Positions 10,733-19,787 of a stretch of 49,305 bases of DNA are shown here, piece by piece. The position numbers and the translations under genes were made by a program. The stretch is from Chthoniobacterales bacterium (GTDB lineage: Bacteria; Verrucomicrobiota; Verrucomicrobiia; Chthoniobacterales; JAFAMB01): positions 1 to 49,305 of the forward strand of contig DATHPI010000119.1 in NCBI GenBank assembly GCA_035484035.1, read 5' to 3'. Positions within the stretch are counted from its first letter, which is position 1; each line of letters opens with the position of its first letter. The notes under the pieces were generated by a model. It did not search any database and had not been told where the DNA came from. It saw only the letters and a program-made list of their open reading frames with translations.

Positions 10733-12190
10733 ATGCTGTCTCCCCTCACCGCCGGTCGATGGGATTTCGACGCTGCAGCTCACCTGCTGGTGCGCGCCGG
10801 ATTTGGCGGCTCCCCGGAAGAAATTCAAAAGATTTACGCACTGGGCCCGGAAAAGGCGGTGGATTCACTGATCAACGCTCCGCTGGAGAATGATTTGCCG
10901 CCGGCTTGGGCCACACCAGACGATCAGGACGAACTGCACGCCGAGATGCAGGAAGCTGCGACCCCGCAAGAAAAGCAAATGGCGCGCAAGCTCCTTCGGG
11001 AAAAATTCAACGACGAAATGAAGGACCTGACTCTTTGGTGGATTGCGCGGATGGTCAACACCCCCTCGCCCCTCGCTGAAAAGATGACTCTCTTCTGGCA
11101 CGGACATTTTGCCACCAGTGGTCAGAAAGTGAGGCCTGCCTACAAAATGTGGCTCCAGAACGAAACTTTAAGGCAAAACGCGCTTGGCAATTTTCGCGCT
11201 CTCGTTAAAGCCGTTTCGCGCGATCCGGCGATGATGGTCTGGTTGGACCTCGTTCAGAGCAAAAAAGAGAGTCCGAACGAGAATTTCGCCCGCGAAGTCA
11301 TGGAGCTCTTCACTCTCGGGGAAGGGCACTATGCGGAGTCCGACGTCAAGGAAGCAGCGCGCGCCTTTACCGGGTATCGTATCAATCAAGTGGAGCAATC
11401 GTTCCGATTTGCAGAACGACAGTTCGATCCTGGAATAAAGACATTCATGGGAAAAACCGGGCCCTGGAGCGGTGACCAGATTCTCGACATCATCGTCTCG
11501 CAGCCGCCGTGCGCACGTTTTATCGGGGCGAAGATCTGGAAATTCTTCGCTTACGACGATCCCGAACCCAAGTTGGTGGAAGCTCTTGCCAGTGAATTCC
11601 GGAATAGCCACTACGAACTGCGGCCCTTCCTGAAATTCCTTTTTTCATCCGAAGAATTTTATGGCTCGCAGGCTCGCGACTCACAAATCAAGAGCCCGGT
11701 GCAGTTTCTGGTGCAAGCCTTGCGCACCTTGCCGATTCCGTTGCCGACCTCGAACCTGGTAGTGTACGTACTTCGTCAGATGGGTCAGATTCCCTTTTTT
11801 CCTCCCAATGTCAAAGGATGGGATGGCGGGAAGAGTTGGATCAACACCGCAACCCTTACATTCCGTTACAAGCTTGCTCATCAGTTAGTCGATGGCGCTA
11901 ACCCGCAGGAGATTGGACTCCCAAAACCGCCGATCCTGGGAATGACTCTGCCACGGCCGACCTTGACGCCGCCATTGTTAGTCGATCAAATTGTCTCCCC
12001 GGAAGATCGCCAGAAGCCGGACACGCTGATCCGTAAGCTTTTCATTCGCACTTTCCAATGCGTTCCACAAAAAGAACTAACACACCAGTTTCGCGACTTC
12101 CTAGCCACACGCGAGCTACCTCTGGACGACAACTCCATCCGGGAACTACTGCTGCTGATGATGACCAGTCCGAACTATCAAGTCACCTGA
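10733..12190 (+). CDS. DUF1800 domain-containing protein
   Basis: 485 aa with MTLFWHGHFATS and MELFTLGEGHYAESDVKEAARAFTGY blocks typical of DUF1800. It is immediately followed by a DUF1501 gene, which is the usual pairing. Confidence 0.85.
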   Translation: MLSPLTAGRWDFDAAAHLLVRAGFGGSPEEIQKIYALGPEKAVDSLINAPLENDLPPAWATPDDQDELHAEMQEAATPQEKQMARKLLREKFNDEMKDLTLWWIARMVNTPSPLAEKMTLFWHGHFATSGQKVRPAYKMWLQNETLRQNALGNFRALVKAVSRDPAMMVWLDLVQSKKESPNENFAREVMELFTLGEGHYAESDVKEAARAFTGYRINQVEQSFRFAERQFDPGIKTFMGKTGPWSGDQILDIIVSQPPCARFIGAKIWKFFAYDDPEPKLVEALASEFRNSHYELRPFLKFLFSSEEFYGSQARDSQIKSPVQFLVQALRTLPIPLPTSNLVVYVLRQMGQIPFFPPNVKGWDGGKSWINTATLTFRYKLAHQLVDGANPQEIGLPKPPILGMTLPRPTLTPPLLVDQIVSPEDRQKPDTLIRKLFIRTFQCVPQKELTHQFRDFLATRELPLDDNSIRELLLLMMTSPNYQVT

Positions 12191-12197
12191 ATAGTCT

Positions 12198-13499
12198 ATG
12201 GAACACGATCTCGACCTACTAACCAGAAGAGCGTTCTTGCGCACCTCCTTGCTAGGTGCGGCTTTCAGTTGGACGATACCGGTCTTTTTGGAGCGAACCT
12301 TCATGACGTTGAATGCACAAGCCGCCGAATCCTCCATTCAGACGAGAACCGGAAAGGATCATCCCATTTTGGTCGTTCTCCAATTGGCCGGAGGGAACGA
12401 CGGGTTGAACACGATTATACCGCTGGCCGACGATCTCTATTTCAAAGCTCGGCCAACGCTCGCCATCCCGAAAGAACAAGTTTTGTCCCTCGATGGGCTG
12501 GTCGGATTGAACCCGGGTCTTGTTCCGCTCAAGAACCTGTATGAAAGCGGAAATCTGGCCATCATCCAGGGGGTCGGTTATCCAAACCCAAACCGTTCCC
12601 ACTTCAGGTCGAGCGAAATCTGGCAGACCGCGTCTGACGCTCAGCAAGCCCTGACCAAAGGCTGGTTAGGCCGGTACTTTGACAATTGCTGCGCGGGAGA
12701 AGATCCAACGGTTGGTGTTGTCCTTGGTGAACAATTGCCAGAAGCCTTCAATGCAGCAAACCCGACCGGTGTCGCCATTGGCAGGCCGGGCAATATGGGA
12801 TTTGATCGTGCAAGCGACCCAGACGAAGCGCGCTTGTTCGCGGAACTGAACGGCCTGGAGCCAGCCTCGATGTCGGGCGATTCCATTGGGAATTTGTCCG
12901 GGCCGAGCAAGTCAGGCATGTCGGCGCTGGAATACTTGCAACGCACCGCGCTCGACGCGCAGATGAGCACCGACACCATCAAACGGGCCCTCAAAGGCAC
13001 CAAAAACGAAACACCCTTTCCGAAAAACCAACTGGGTAATTCGCTCTCACTTATTTCACGTTTGATCTGCGGCGGTCTCCCGACCCGGGTTTATTACGCC
13101 AGCCAAGGCGGATATGACACCCACGCGGGCCAAATGAATACTCACAAACGATTATTGAATGAACTAGCAGCGTCGGTCGCCGCATTCTGCAACGACTTGA
13201 AAGCCAAAGGAGTTTTTGATCGAGTGCTCATCATGACCTTCAGCGAATTCGGCCGGCGCGTGACCGAAAATGCCAACGGAGGCACCGACCATGGTACCGC
13301 CGCTCCTATGTTCATTTGCGGCGGCCCCGTCAAGCCCGGATTATACGGCAAACAACCGCCCCTCGACCGGCTCGACGCCGGAGACCTTTTCTACAATGTC
13401 GATTTTCGGTCTGTCTATTCGACCATCCTCTCTCATTGGATGCAAGCGCCGGCAACGCAGGTTTTAGGGCGTGATTTCCCGAAATTGAATTTCATCTAA
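12198..13499 (+). CDS. DUF1501 domain-containing protein (Tat-exported, sulfatase/alkaline-phosphatase-like fold)
   Basis: 433 aa with twin-arginine leader LTRRAFLRTSLLGAAF, plus GGYDTHAGQ and FSEFGRRVTENANGGTDHG motifs typical of DUF1501. Confidence 0.88.
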   Translation: MEHDLDLLTRRAFLRTSLLGAAFSWTIPVFLERTFMTLNAQAAESSIQTRTGKDHPILVVLQLAGGNDGLNTIIPLADDLYFKARPTLAIPKEQVLSLDGLVGLNPGLVPLKNLYESGNLAIIQGVGYPNPNRSHFRSSEIWQTASDAQQALTKGWLGRYFDNCCAGEDPTVGVVLGEQLPEAFNAANPTGVAIGRPGNMGFDRASDPDEARLFAELNGLEPASMSGDSIGNLSGPSKSGMSALEYLQRTALDAQMSTDTIKRALKGTKNETPFPKNQLGNSLSLISRLICGGLPTRVYYASQGGYDTHAGQMNTHKRLLNELAASVAAFCNDLKAKGVFDRVLIMTFSEFGRRVTENANGGTDHGTAAPMFICGGPVKPGLYGKQPPLDRLDAGDLFYNVDFRSVYSTILSHWMQAPATQVLGRDFPKLNFI

Positions 13500-13566
13500 G
13501 CCTTTTCTTGGCTTCTTTCCTTTGCTTCTTTGCTGTTCCTGGGTTTCATCTTGACCAGATCCCAAG

Positions 13567-14358
13567 GTGAAGCTCCTCCTCACGGCCGATTTTCATTTCC
13601 GCAAACCATGGTTTGAATGGGTTCTGCGCGTCGCCGATCGGTACGACCTGATTTGCATCGCCGGAGATCTGCTGGACATGTTTCATCCGGAGGGGGTCGT
13701 TCCCCAATTGATCTACGTCTACGAATGGATGCAGATGCTGCTGAAAACGCAGACCCCAATTGCCCTCTGCTCCGGCAATCACGATTTGCCCGGGAACCAG
13801 CCAATCCTGGCTCCTGGCGTCTCCATCCGAAAAGATAAGCTCCCGATCTTGGGCGAATTCGCTAAGCATCGGAGCTGGCTTTCCGCACTTAAAATGAGCC
13901 ATCTGGTCGCGGTCGACGGCGATTCAAAAATCGTCCGTGCCCGTACGGAAGAAGCAATCACAGTTGTCTGCCTGCCCTATGCTGCGGACGGACACGTCCA
14001 CCCGCTGGACCCCGCCGCTCATCCATGCCTGATTCTTCATCACGAACCTCCGGCTCAAACCCTGATCGCCGACCCCAAAGCTGGCAGCCGCGAATTCGCG
14101 TTGGTCATCGCGAAACAGCAACCCACCTGGACATTCAGCGGACACGTCCATTACACCGGGGGCACCGAAAACGCTTTTTCCCAACGGGTAGGACGTTCAT
14201 GGTGCTTCAACTGTCGCCAGACCCCTTTGGCAACTATTCTTCCCCCGGAACCAAACTTCATCGGCTTGGACACTAAAAACCGCGAAGCAACCTGGGTCCA
14301 TTGGGTGTCCGCGGACAAACGCGAACTAATCAAGGTCACCTGCCGGGAAGGAGCGTAA
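13567..14358 (+). CDS. Metallophosphoesterase
   Basis: 263 aa with a GTG start. Calcineurin-like motifs appear in order: LLTADFHF (DxH), IAGDLLD (GD), SGNHD (GNHD), GHVH. Confidence 0.8.
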   Translation: MKLLLTADFHFRKPWFEWVLRVADRYDLICIAGDLLDMFHPEGVVPQLIYVYEWMQMLLKTQTPIALCSGNHDLPGNQPILAPGVSIRKDKLPILGEFAKHRSWLSALKMSHLVAVDGDSKIVRARTEEAITVVCLPYAADGHVHPLDPAAHPCLILHHEPPAQTLIADPKAGSREFALVIAKQQPTWTFSGHVHYTGGTENAFSQRVGRSWCFNCRQTPLATILPPEPNFIGLDTKNREATWVHWVSADKRELIKVTCREGA

Positions 14359-14570
14359 CGGCGTGGGGAGAACCGTGTCGGCGTATCGGCGTAGGCGCGT
14401 ATGGGCGTCTGTCTGTCTTCTATCTTGCTTTCGATTTGACCCGCCATTAATCGGCGGAAACGGAGAAAAAAGGTTGGCGACTAACACGCCGATACGCCCA
14501 CGCCGATACGTTTCCCCCCCCACGCCGACCCGCCGACCCGTTTCCCCTAGCCCGCCGACCCGTCTCCCCT
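14359..14570. repeat. Composite inverted-repeat element built from GTCGGCG / TATCGGCGT / GGGGAAACG short motifs (copy A)
   Basis: The left arm ggcgtggggagaaccgtgtcggcgtatcggcgtaggcgcgtatgggcgt faces a right arm acgccgatacgcccacgccgatacgtttcccccccc acgccgacccgccgacccgtttcccc... . It fills the gap between two convergent genes. A second copy lies at 18197-18446. Confidence 0.85.
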
Positions 14571-15660
14571 ACAGTCCCGGCGTTTCTCCCTTGTACCCCG
14601 TTAACTCCATATACCCGACCCCATCGACAGGTTTCCCATTGCGTCGGCCTTTGACTCTGATGCTCCCCTCCCAATACACCACTGCCAGGTCCAATTCCTG
14701 ACCCTCCACCGCAGGAGTTACTTCCAAATCCAGATTTAATTTCGGAATTGCTAGTTTCCATTCGATCGGATAATTCGCCTTGCTGATCGGGCTCATCCAA
14801 TACTTCTCCGGATTCAACTGAAATTCGTTCACTGCGAGATCGGTAGTTGCAGCATCCGTGGCGATCCATTTACCATTCGAATGCGAATCGATGCCACCAT
14901 GCCGCAGCCGCATCTGGTAAAGCATCAAATCACTGCCGTCTGATAGTTGAATGGCAAACCAATTCCAACCCGACTGCTCAGGTGCCAACTCATTCGTGGC
15001 CCACTCCCGGTCAAACCAGGACCGACCTTCGACCTTACAGATTTCAGCGCCAATCTTTACCGTACCGGAAGTCTTCAGTCGCGGAATTGAATAGTAATAG
15101 GAGGCACGGCCCGCACCGTCCGCCTTTTGGCTCAGTCCGTTCGCACCTTGAAGCACGGCAGGCTTTTCGGGCGTCAACTCCAGGTCGATAGCGTAATCCT
15201 TTGCCGCCGCCTTCAACCGAAAATCGTTGCCGAAATCCAGCTCCCAATCGTCGATCCACGCGAGCCTGTTTCCGTCCGCGAAGCCGGCCTCACCATACGC
15301 GCCGCGACTGACCCGGCTATCAAAATGGAATTTACCCGCGCTCGCCTCGGTCAACGCGAAGTGGGCAAACTTTACATCGTTCATTACGAACCTTGATGCG
15401 ACCGATTGTCCAATCCCTGGCGGCCGGTAACCATGACGAAAAAATGTCAACTGATAGCCAAACACCCGGCCGTCCTCTGCTTGCAGGTTTCCGGTGAAAT
15501 ACCACCATTCGGTCCGGAATTGGTAGTGAGGAAAATGATCCCTGGGCAGCGTAATTTGATAGCCGGGCAGAGCAACCGACCATCCCTGTTTAGGAGAATC
15601 CTCCGCCAAGACTATCGCAGCAACGCAGATAAGCCCCAAACAACTAAATAGACTTTTCAT
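14569..15660 (-). CDS. AttH/CrtC-like lipocalin-domain protein (secreted)
   Basis: 363 aa with a signal peptide (MKSLFSCLGLICVAAIVLA). WWYFTGNL...GYQLTFFR is the hydroxyneurosporene-synthase/AttH family signature. Its ATG overlaps the stop of the upstream permease by 4 nt. Confidence 0.82.
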   Translation of the reverse strand: MKSLFSCLGLICVAAIVLAEDSPKQGWSVALPGYQITLPRDHFPHYQFRTEWWYFTGNLQAEDGRVFGYQLTFFRHGYRPPGIGQSVASRFVMNDVKFAHFALTEASAGKFHFDSRVSRGAYGEAGFADGNRLAWIDDWELDFGNDFRLKAAAKDYAIDLELTPEKPAVLQGANGLSQKADGAGRASYYYSIPRLKTSGTVKIGAEICKVEGRSWFDREWATNELAPEQSGWNWFAIQLSDGSDLMLYQMRLRHGGIDSHSNGKWIATDAATTDLAVNEFQLNPEKYWMSPISKANYPIEWKLAIPKLNLDLEVTPAVEGQELDLAVVYWEGSIRVKGRRNGKPVDGVGYMELTGYKGETPGL

Positions 15661-18179
15661 GCGTCCATTCTGACGGCATCGATAATATTCCGCCGCGCGG
15701 CCTGACTAGCCGGCCACAGACTAGCCAAAACAGCCGCCGGCAACAACCAGACCGGCGTCCAAAGAAGTTGGTCCCAAGGAATTTCCAGGGGAATTGTCCA
15801 ACCAAAAAAGGCCTTGTTGATTACTTCCGTTAAGACTATCGAAAGGGCCACCCCCGTGGCTACTCCGAGCAGAACCGCCATGGTCCCCACTAACAACGAT
15901 TCCCAGAGAATCAGTGCGCGAACCTGTCGCCGTGATACGCCTAGCGCCCGCAAGGTTCCAATTTCTCTTTCGCGCTCTTTAACTAAAACGGTTATATTGA
16001 AAGCGATCCCGATCACGGCCACCAAGAGGGCAATCAACCGAAGAATTTGGGTCACCGCAAACGTCTGATTAAATATTTCAACCACCGCCTCGCGCAGTGC
16101 CTGGTTCGAATAGAGCGAGTAATCACCGGCAGCGGCGTACCTGGTTCGAATACTACCAATCACTTTTTCGACATCTGTTCCCGGCCGCAAATAGAGGGAG
16201 ACTGAATTGACTCGAGAATCGTGCCAGAATTTTTCATAGTTAGCACGTTGCATCAGCATTACGCCGGAGTCCCGGCTGTAATCATAAAAGACGCCGGCCA
16301 CCTGGAACCGGTGCGGACCTGACGGCGTCGCGATGACCACGGTGTCTCCCTGATTTATCCGCAAACGGCGGGAAAGCGGTTCAGAAATTGTCACTCTGTC
16401 CGGCCGCTGAAAGTCCTGGTATTTTTCCGCATTCTCTCCGTCGAGAAAATCCGGTAGATTCCGATTCGTTCCGATGATCACTCCAAGAAAAACCGGGGCA
16501 CTATTCATCGTTACCGTCAGATTCCGGTAGGTATCCAACATTTCGACTTCCGGCAGCGATCGCATCAAGTTGATTAAATCTTCGGACACAAAATTCTCGA
16601 ACCCGACAACCTCGTTGGCACTCGGGGAGACGTAGAGGTCTGCCACCAGCCGCCGGTTCAACCATCGATCAACCGTCTTGCGGAACGAATAAATCATGAT
16701 TGAAACGCTAATCAGCATCGCCAACGCTGAGGCAAGCGCCGCGATCGTCATCGCATGCCGATAAAGTGATCGAACCAGATTCCGAGCGGCGAGCCGCGGG
16801 AAAAGGAGACCACGGAAAATCTGGCCAACCCACGTTCCGAAATGATGGGTCAGGTAAGGCGAAAGGCAACAAAATCCGATCAACGTGAAGAAGGCCGCCG
16901 CAAATCCGGCGATTCGAAAGCCATTCAGCGCGAGTTCACCAGCGGTAAACGCCGCCAGTAGACTTCCACCACTTAGCACAAACCAATACAGCCTTGGTCT
17001 CTCGCTTCGCTCGATAAGGACTCCCATGTTCAAGGCGCGCAAGGGCGGCAGGTTCGCGCCGGCATTTGCCGGTATAAACGCACCTGCCAGGACCGATCCC
17101 ATGCCTGCCAACAGCACCGCCGGAATCTGCCAAAAAGGAAGATAAAAATGATCAATGCTGGTGAGGACGTAGAGATTCGTAACCGTTTTCGAGACTGTCC
17201 CCACCAGAAAATTCGACAACAGCACGCCTCCGACGCAGCCCGCGACGCTGCCTATCATCCCGTACAACGCTGCTTCCCCAAGGAACAACCATCGAACCTT
17301 CGCCCGGCTGGCACCAAGTGCTCTCAAAATTCCGACTTCATTTCTTCTTCGCACCACCGAAGCCGTCACGGTGTTATAAATGAGAAAAACGCCAACCAGC
17401 AGCGAAACCATGCTGAGCGCCGTCAGATTCAGTTCAAATCCAGATAACATGTTCTCAACCTGGCCGCTCCGGGCCCCCGGTTCCTGAACCACCGCATCAG
17501 GGGGAACCAGGTGCCGGATGCGCTCGCTCACTGGCTCAGGATTGGTCGGATTACTGATCTGAAATAGCACGCTGGTCAGCTTTCCCTGCAAACCAAACAA
17601 TTCCTGCGCCCAACCGATATCCATCGCGGCAAAGTGTGAGTCGCCATCCTTCGCCTCGAGAACAAAACTCAACACGAGATTAATTTCGCGGTCTCCGAGT
17701 TTGACCCGGATGGAGTCCCCAGGCTGCAAATTATGGGTGTCGGCGAATTTTTTTGCCACCGCCAGCGCTTTCGGATTTCCAAACCAGGCCTCCGAGTCAA
17801 ATGAATTTCTCCCTGATTTGCTGAGTTTGAAATTTTCGAAAGTTGAATTCGTGAACGGGTCAATTCCCAAAATGTGCAGGTATTCACCTGGGAAATCCGG
17901 CAATGTCACGACACTTTCTACTAACGGGGTGGCGGCTGTCACGCCCGGTACTTTCTGAAGCTTTGGGAACAAACGATCATCCAGAGACCCGCGAACCTCG
18001 ACATTGGCACGCCCTGCGACAACATCAATACCTGCCCGGAATGCAGCCGTGGCGCTCCGATTCGCGATTTGCACAGCCAGGTAGACCGATACTCCAAGAG
18101 CAACACTCAAGATATTGATTATCCCCAGGACTTTGTGCCGCAACGCATAGCGCACGACGTGCTGCAGGAAAAATCTCAC
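15657..18179 (-). CDS. ABC transporter permease with duplicated FtsX domains (YbbP/AttFG-like)
   Basis: 840 aa with two MacB-like periplasmic segments, each followed by an FtsX-type 4-TM bundle (RRRNEVGILRALGASRAKV and REREIGTLRALGVSRRQV). Confidence 0.88.
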   Translation of the reverse strand: MRFFLQHVVRYALRHKVLGIINILSVALGVSVYLAVQIANRSATAAFRAGIDVVAGRANVEVRGSLDDRLFPKLQKVPGVTAATPLVESVVTLPDFPGEYLHILGIDPFTNSTFENFKLSKSGRNSFDSEAWFGNPKALAVAKKFADTHNLQPGDSIRVKLGDREINLVLSFVLEAKDGDSHFAAMDIGWAQELFGLQGKLTSVLFQISNPTNPEPVSERIRHLVPPDAVVQEPGARSGQVENMLSGFELNLTALSMVSLLVGVFLIYNTVTASVVRRRNEVGILRALGASRAKVRWLFLGEAALYGMIGSVAGCVGGVLLSNFLVGTVSKTVTNLYVLTSIDHFYLPFWQIPAVLLAGMGSVLAGAFIPANAGANLPPLRALNMGVLIERSERPRLYWFVLSGGSLLAAFTAGELALNGFRIAGFAAAFFTLIGFCCLSPYLTHHFGTWVGQIFRGLLFPRLAARNLVRSLYRHAMTIAALASALAMLISVSIMIYSFRKTVDRWLNRRLVADLYVSPSANEVVGFENFVSEDLINLMRSLPEVEMLDTYRNLTVTMNSAPVFLGVIIGTNRNLPDFLDGENAEKYQDFQRPDRVTISEPLSRRLRINQGDTVVIATPSGPHRFQVAGVFYDYSRDSGVMLMQRANYEKFWHDSRVNSVSLYLRPGTDVEKVIGSIRTRYAAAGDYSLYSNQALREAVVEIFNQTFAVTQILRLIALLVAVIGIAFNITVLVKEREREIGTLRALGVSRRQVRALILWESLLVGTMAVLLGVATGVALSIVLTEVINKAFFGWTIPLEIPWDQLLWTPVWLLPAAVLASLWPASQAARRNIIDAVRMDA

Positions 18180-18196
18180 CGTTCGACAGCATAACA

Positions 18197-18446
18197 GGAA
18201 AACGTGTCGGCGGTACGGGGAAACGTGTCGGCGGGGGGGAGAAACGTGTCGGCGGGTCGGCGTAGGGCGTGTCGGCGTAGGAGCGTTTCACGCCTTCTTT
18301 GATCGCGCTTTTCAAAGGAATACCGGACCAGACAGAAGAAGCTTCTTGAGGCGAGAAGTACGCCATCACGCCGACACGCCCATACGCCGACCCGGTTCCC
18401 CCCACGCCGACACGCCCCTACGCCGACCCGCCGATACGGTTCCCCT
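18197..18446. repeat. Composite inverted-repeat element, same family as 14359-14570 (copy B)
   Basis: The left arm has three GAAACGTGTCGGCGG units plus gtcggcgtagggcgtgtcggcgtagg. The right arm cacgccgacacgcccatacgccgacccggttccccccacgccgacacgcccctacgccgacccgccgatacggttcccc is its imperfect reverse complement. An ~80-nt centre separates the arms. The element fills the whole intergenic gap. Confidence 0.85.
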
Positions 18447-19565
18447 TCACCCAGTGAATGGAATCGGCCGGTTGGTGGCCCGGAGATAAAGCAAGATAAA
18501 TCCGATCAGCAGGAATATTGCGGCCGGTGTCCAGGCCGCGACCAGTGGCGGGATTCTGGATCCCTGTCCAAGCGCCAGGAAGACGTTGGTAGATGAGAAC
18601 AAGCCTATGAAAAGAAAAAGGCCGCCGGCTATCCCGCCAAGAGCTCCCCGCCGTGAAAAAGCGACACAGAGCGGACATGCCACAAACACGACCACCAAGA
18701 CATTCCATGGCAATGCGAACCGATACCACATTTGGGTCTTGAACTCGGCGAGATTCGATTCCGGAAAATCGCCGTTCTCTTTCAGGTAATGGTCCAGCTG
18801 CGGCACCGTCATGTACTTGCCTCTCAGGATAGCACTGGAGAGACGCCACGGAGTTTCGCTCCAACCGTTCATCTCCTTTTGAGCGAAAAATTCCTCGCTG
18901 GTCACGTTCCCCTGCGGATCGACGTAAGCGATCTTGCCGTTATAAAAGATCCAGGCTTTGCGCGACCCATCGTAACTCGCGGTCCGCCCGTAGATTTTTG
19001 ACGAGATGACACCCTTGCCATCTTGCTGAATCACTTGAACATTCCGGAGCTGTTCGTTCTTGACGTCGAGAAGTTGAATAAACCAGATCCGAAAATCTCT
19101 GCGGTTGGGAAAAACGAGTGCGTCCACGCTGGAGTTCTTGGCCTTTCCCTTGATGATTTCGTCCAGCATGAACGCGCCGGCCCATTGCCCTCTTGGACCT
19201 AGCTCATAGTTCAAAGCCGTGCAGGCCCCTGTTAAGATCAGCCCCACCAGAATCAAGGGAAGCAGCAAACGCGGAACACTGACACCCGCACCCAACATCG
19301 ACACGATCTCATTGCGACGGGACATTCGGGTCAGCACATAAAGGAGACCGAGCAAAACGCTCAATGGCAGCTGATTCACGATCAGAAACGGGATTTGAAC
19401 CAGGTAAAATTGGGCGATCGGTACAAACCCGAGATGCGCCTCCTGCAAATCGTTGGCGTGCTCACCGAGATCATAAACCAGCCAGATGGCAATCGTTCCG
19501 AACAACGAATAAAAAAATGGAACCAGGAAATTCTTGATGAGGTATCGATCAAATATTCGAAACAC
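18447..19565 (-). CDS. LptF/LptG family permease (YjgP/YjgQ)
   Basis: 372 aa. The N-terminus MFRIFDRYLIKNFLVPFFYSLFGTIAIWLVYDL is the family hallmark. The layout is three TM, a periplasmic beta-jellyroll region, then three TM. Confidence 0.85.
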   Translation of the reverse strand: MFRIFDRYLIKNFLVPFFYSLFGTIAIWLVYDLGEHANDLQEAHLGFVPIAQFYLVQIPFLIVNQLPLSVLLGLLYVLTRMSRRNEIVSMLGAGVSVPRLLLPLILVGLILTGACTALNYELGPRGQWAGAFMLDEIIKGKAKNSSVDALVFPNRRDFRIWFIQLLDVKNEQLRNVQVIQQDGKGVISSKIYGRTASYDGSRKAWIFYNGKIAYVDPQGNVTSEEFFAQKEMNGWSETPWRLSSAILRGKYMTVPQLDHYLKENGDFPESNLAEFKTQMWYRFALPWNVLVVVFVACPLCVAFSRRGALGGIAGGLFLFIGLFSSTNVFLALGQGSRIPPLVAAWTPAAIFLLIGFILLYLRATNRPIPFTG

Positions 19566-19787
19566 GGCCTTTTAACTTTGAAGTTTTGTCTTTTGCGACT
19601 TCAGTCCAACCGGTGGGTCGAAAATCGGGCGCGAACGTGCTGCAATTCCTGTGAAGACCACAAAAAGCCACGATGCCAAAATACCATACTGAGAGAGACT
19701 TGCGCCGGAGCGTAGCGCTCTCGATGGTTGTACGCCTCCTGTTTTTAGTGGAAAGACCCGTAGCACGGCTTTGAGCAAAGGACAACG

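Noticed and set aside
14363-14701. 112-aa ORF, plus the similar 18025..18405 and 14447..14869 ORFs, with PTRRP/YADTP-type repeats
   Set aside because: They are created by the GTCGGCG palindromic elements, and their composition follows the DNA motif. They also overlap the real AttH-like and permease genes.
16100-16160. Two GGTTCGAATA strings resembling tRNA T-arms
   Set aside because: Both lie inside the FtsX permease CDS, 42 nt apart. No acceptor or anticodon arms can be drawn around them, so this is a coincidental short direct repeat (cctggttcgaata).
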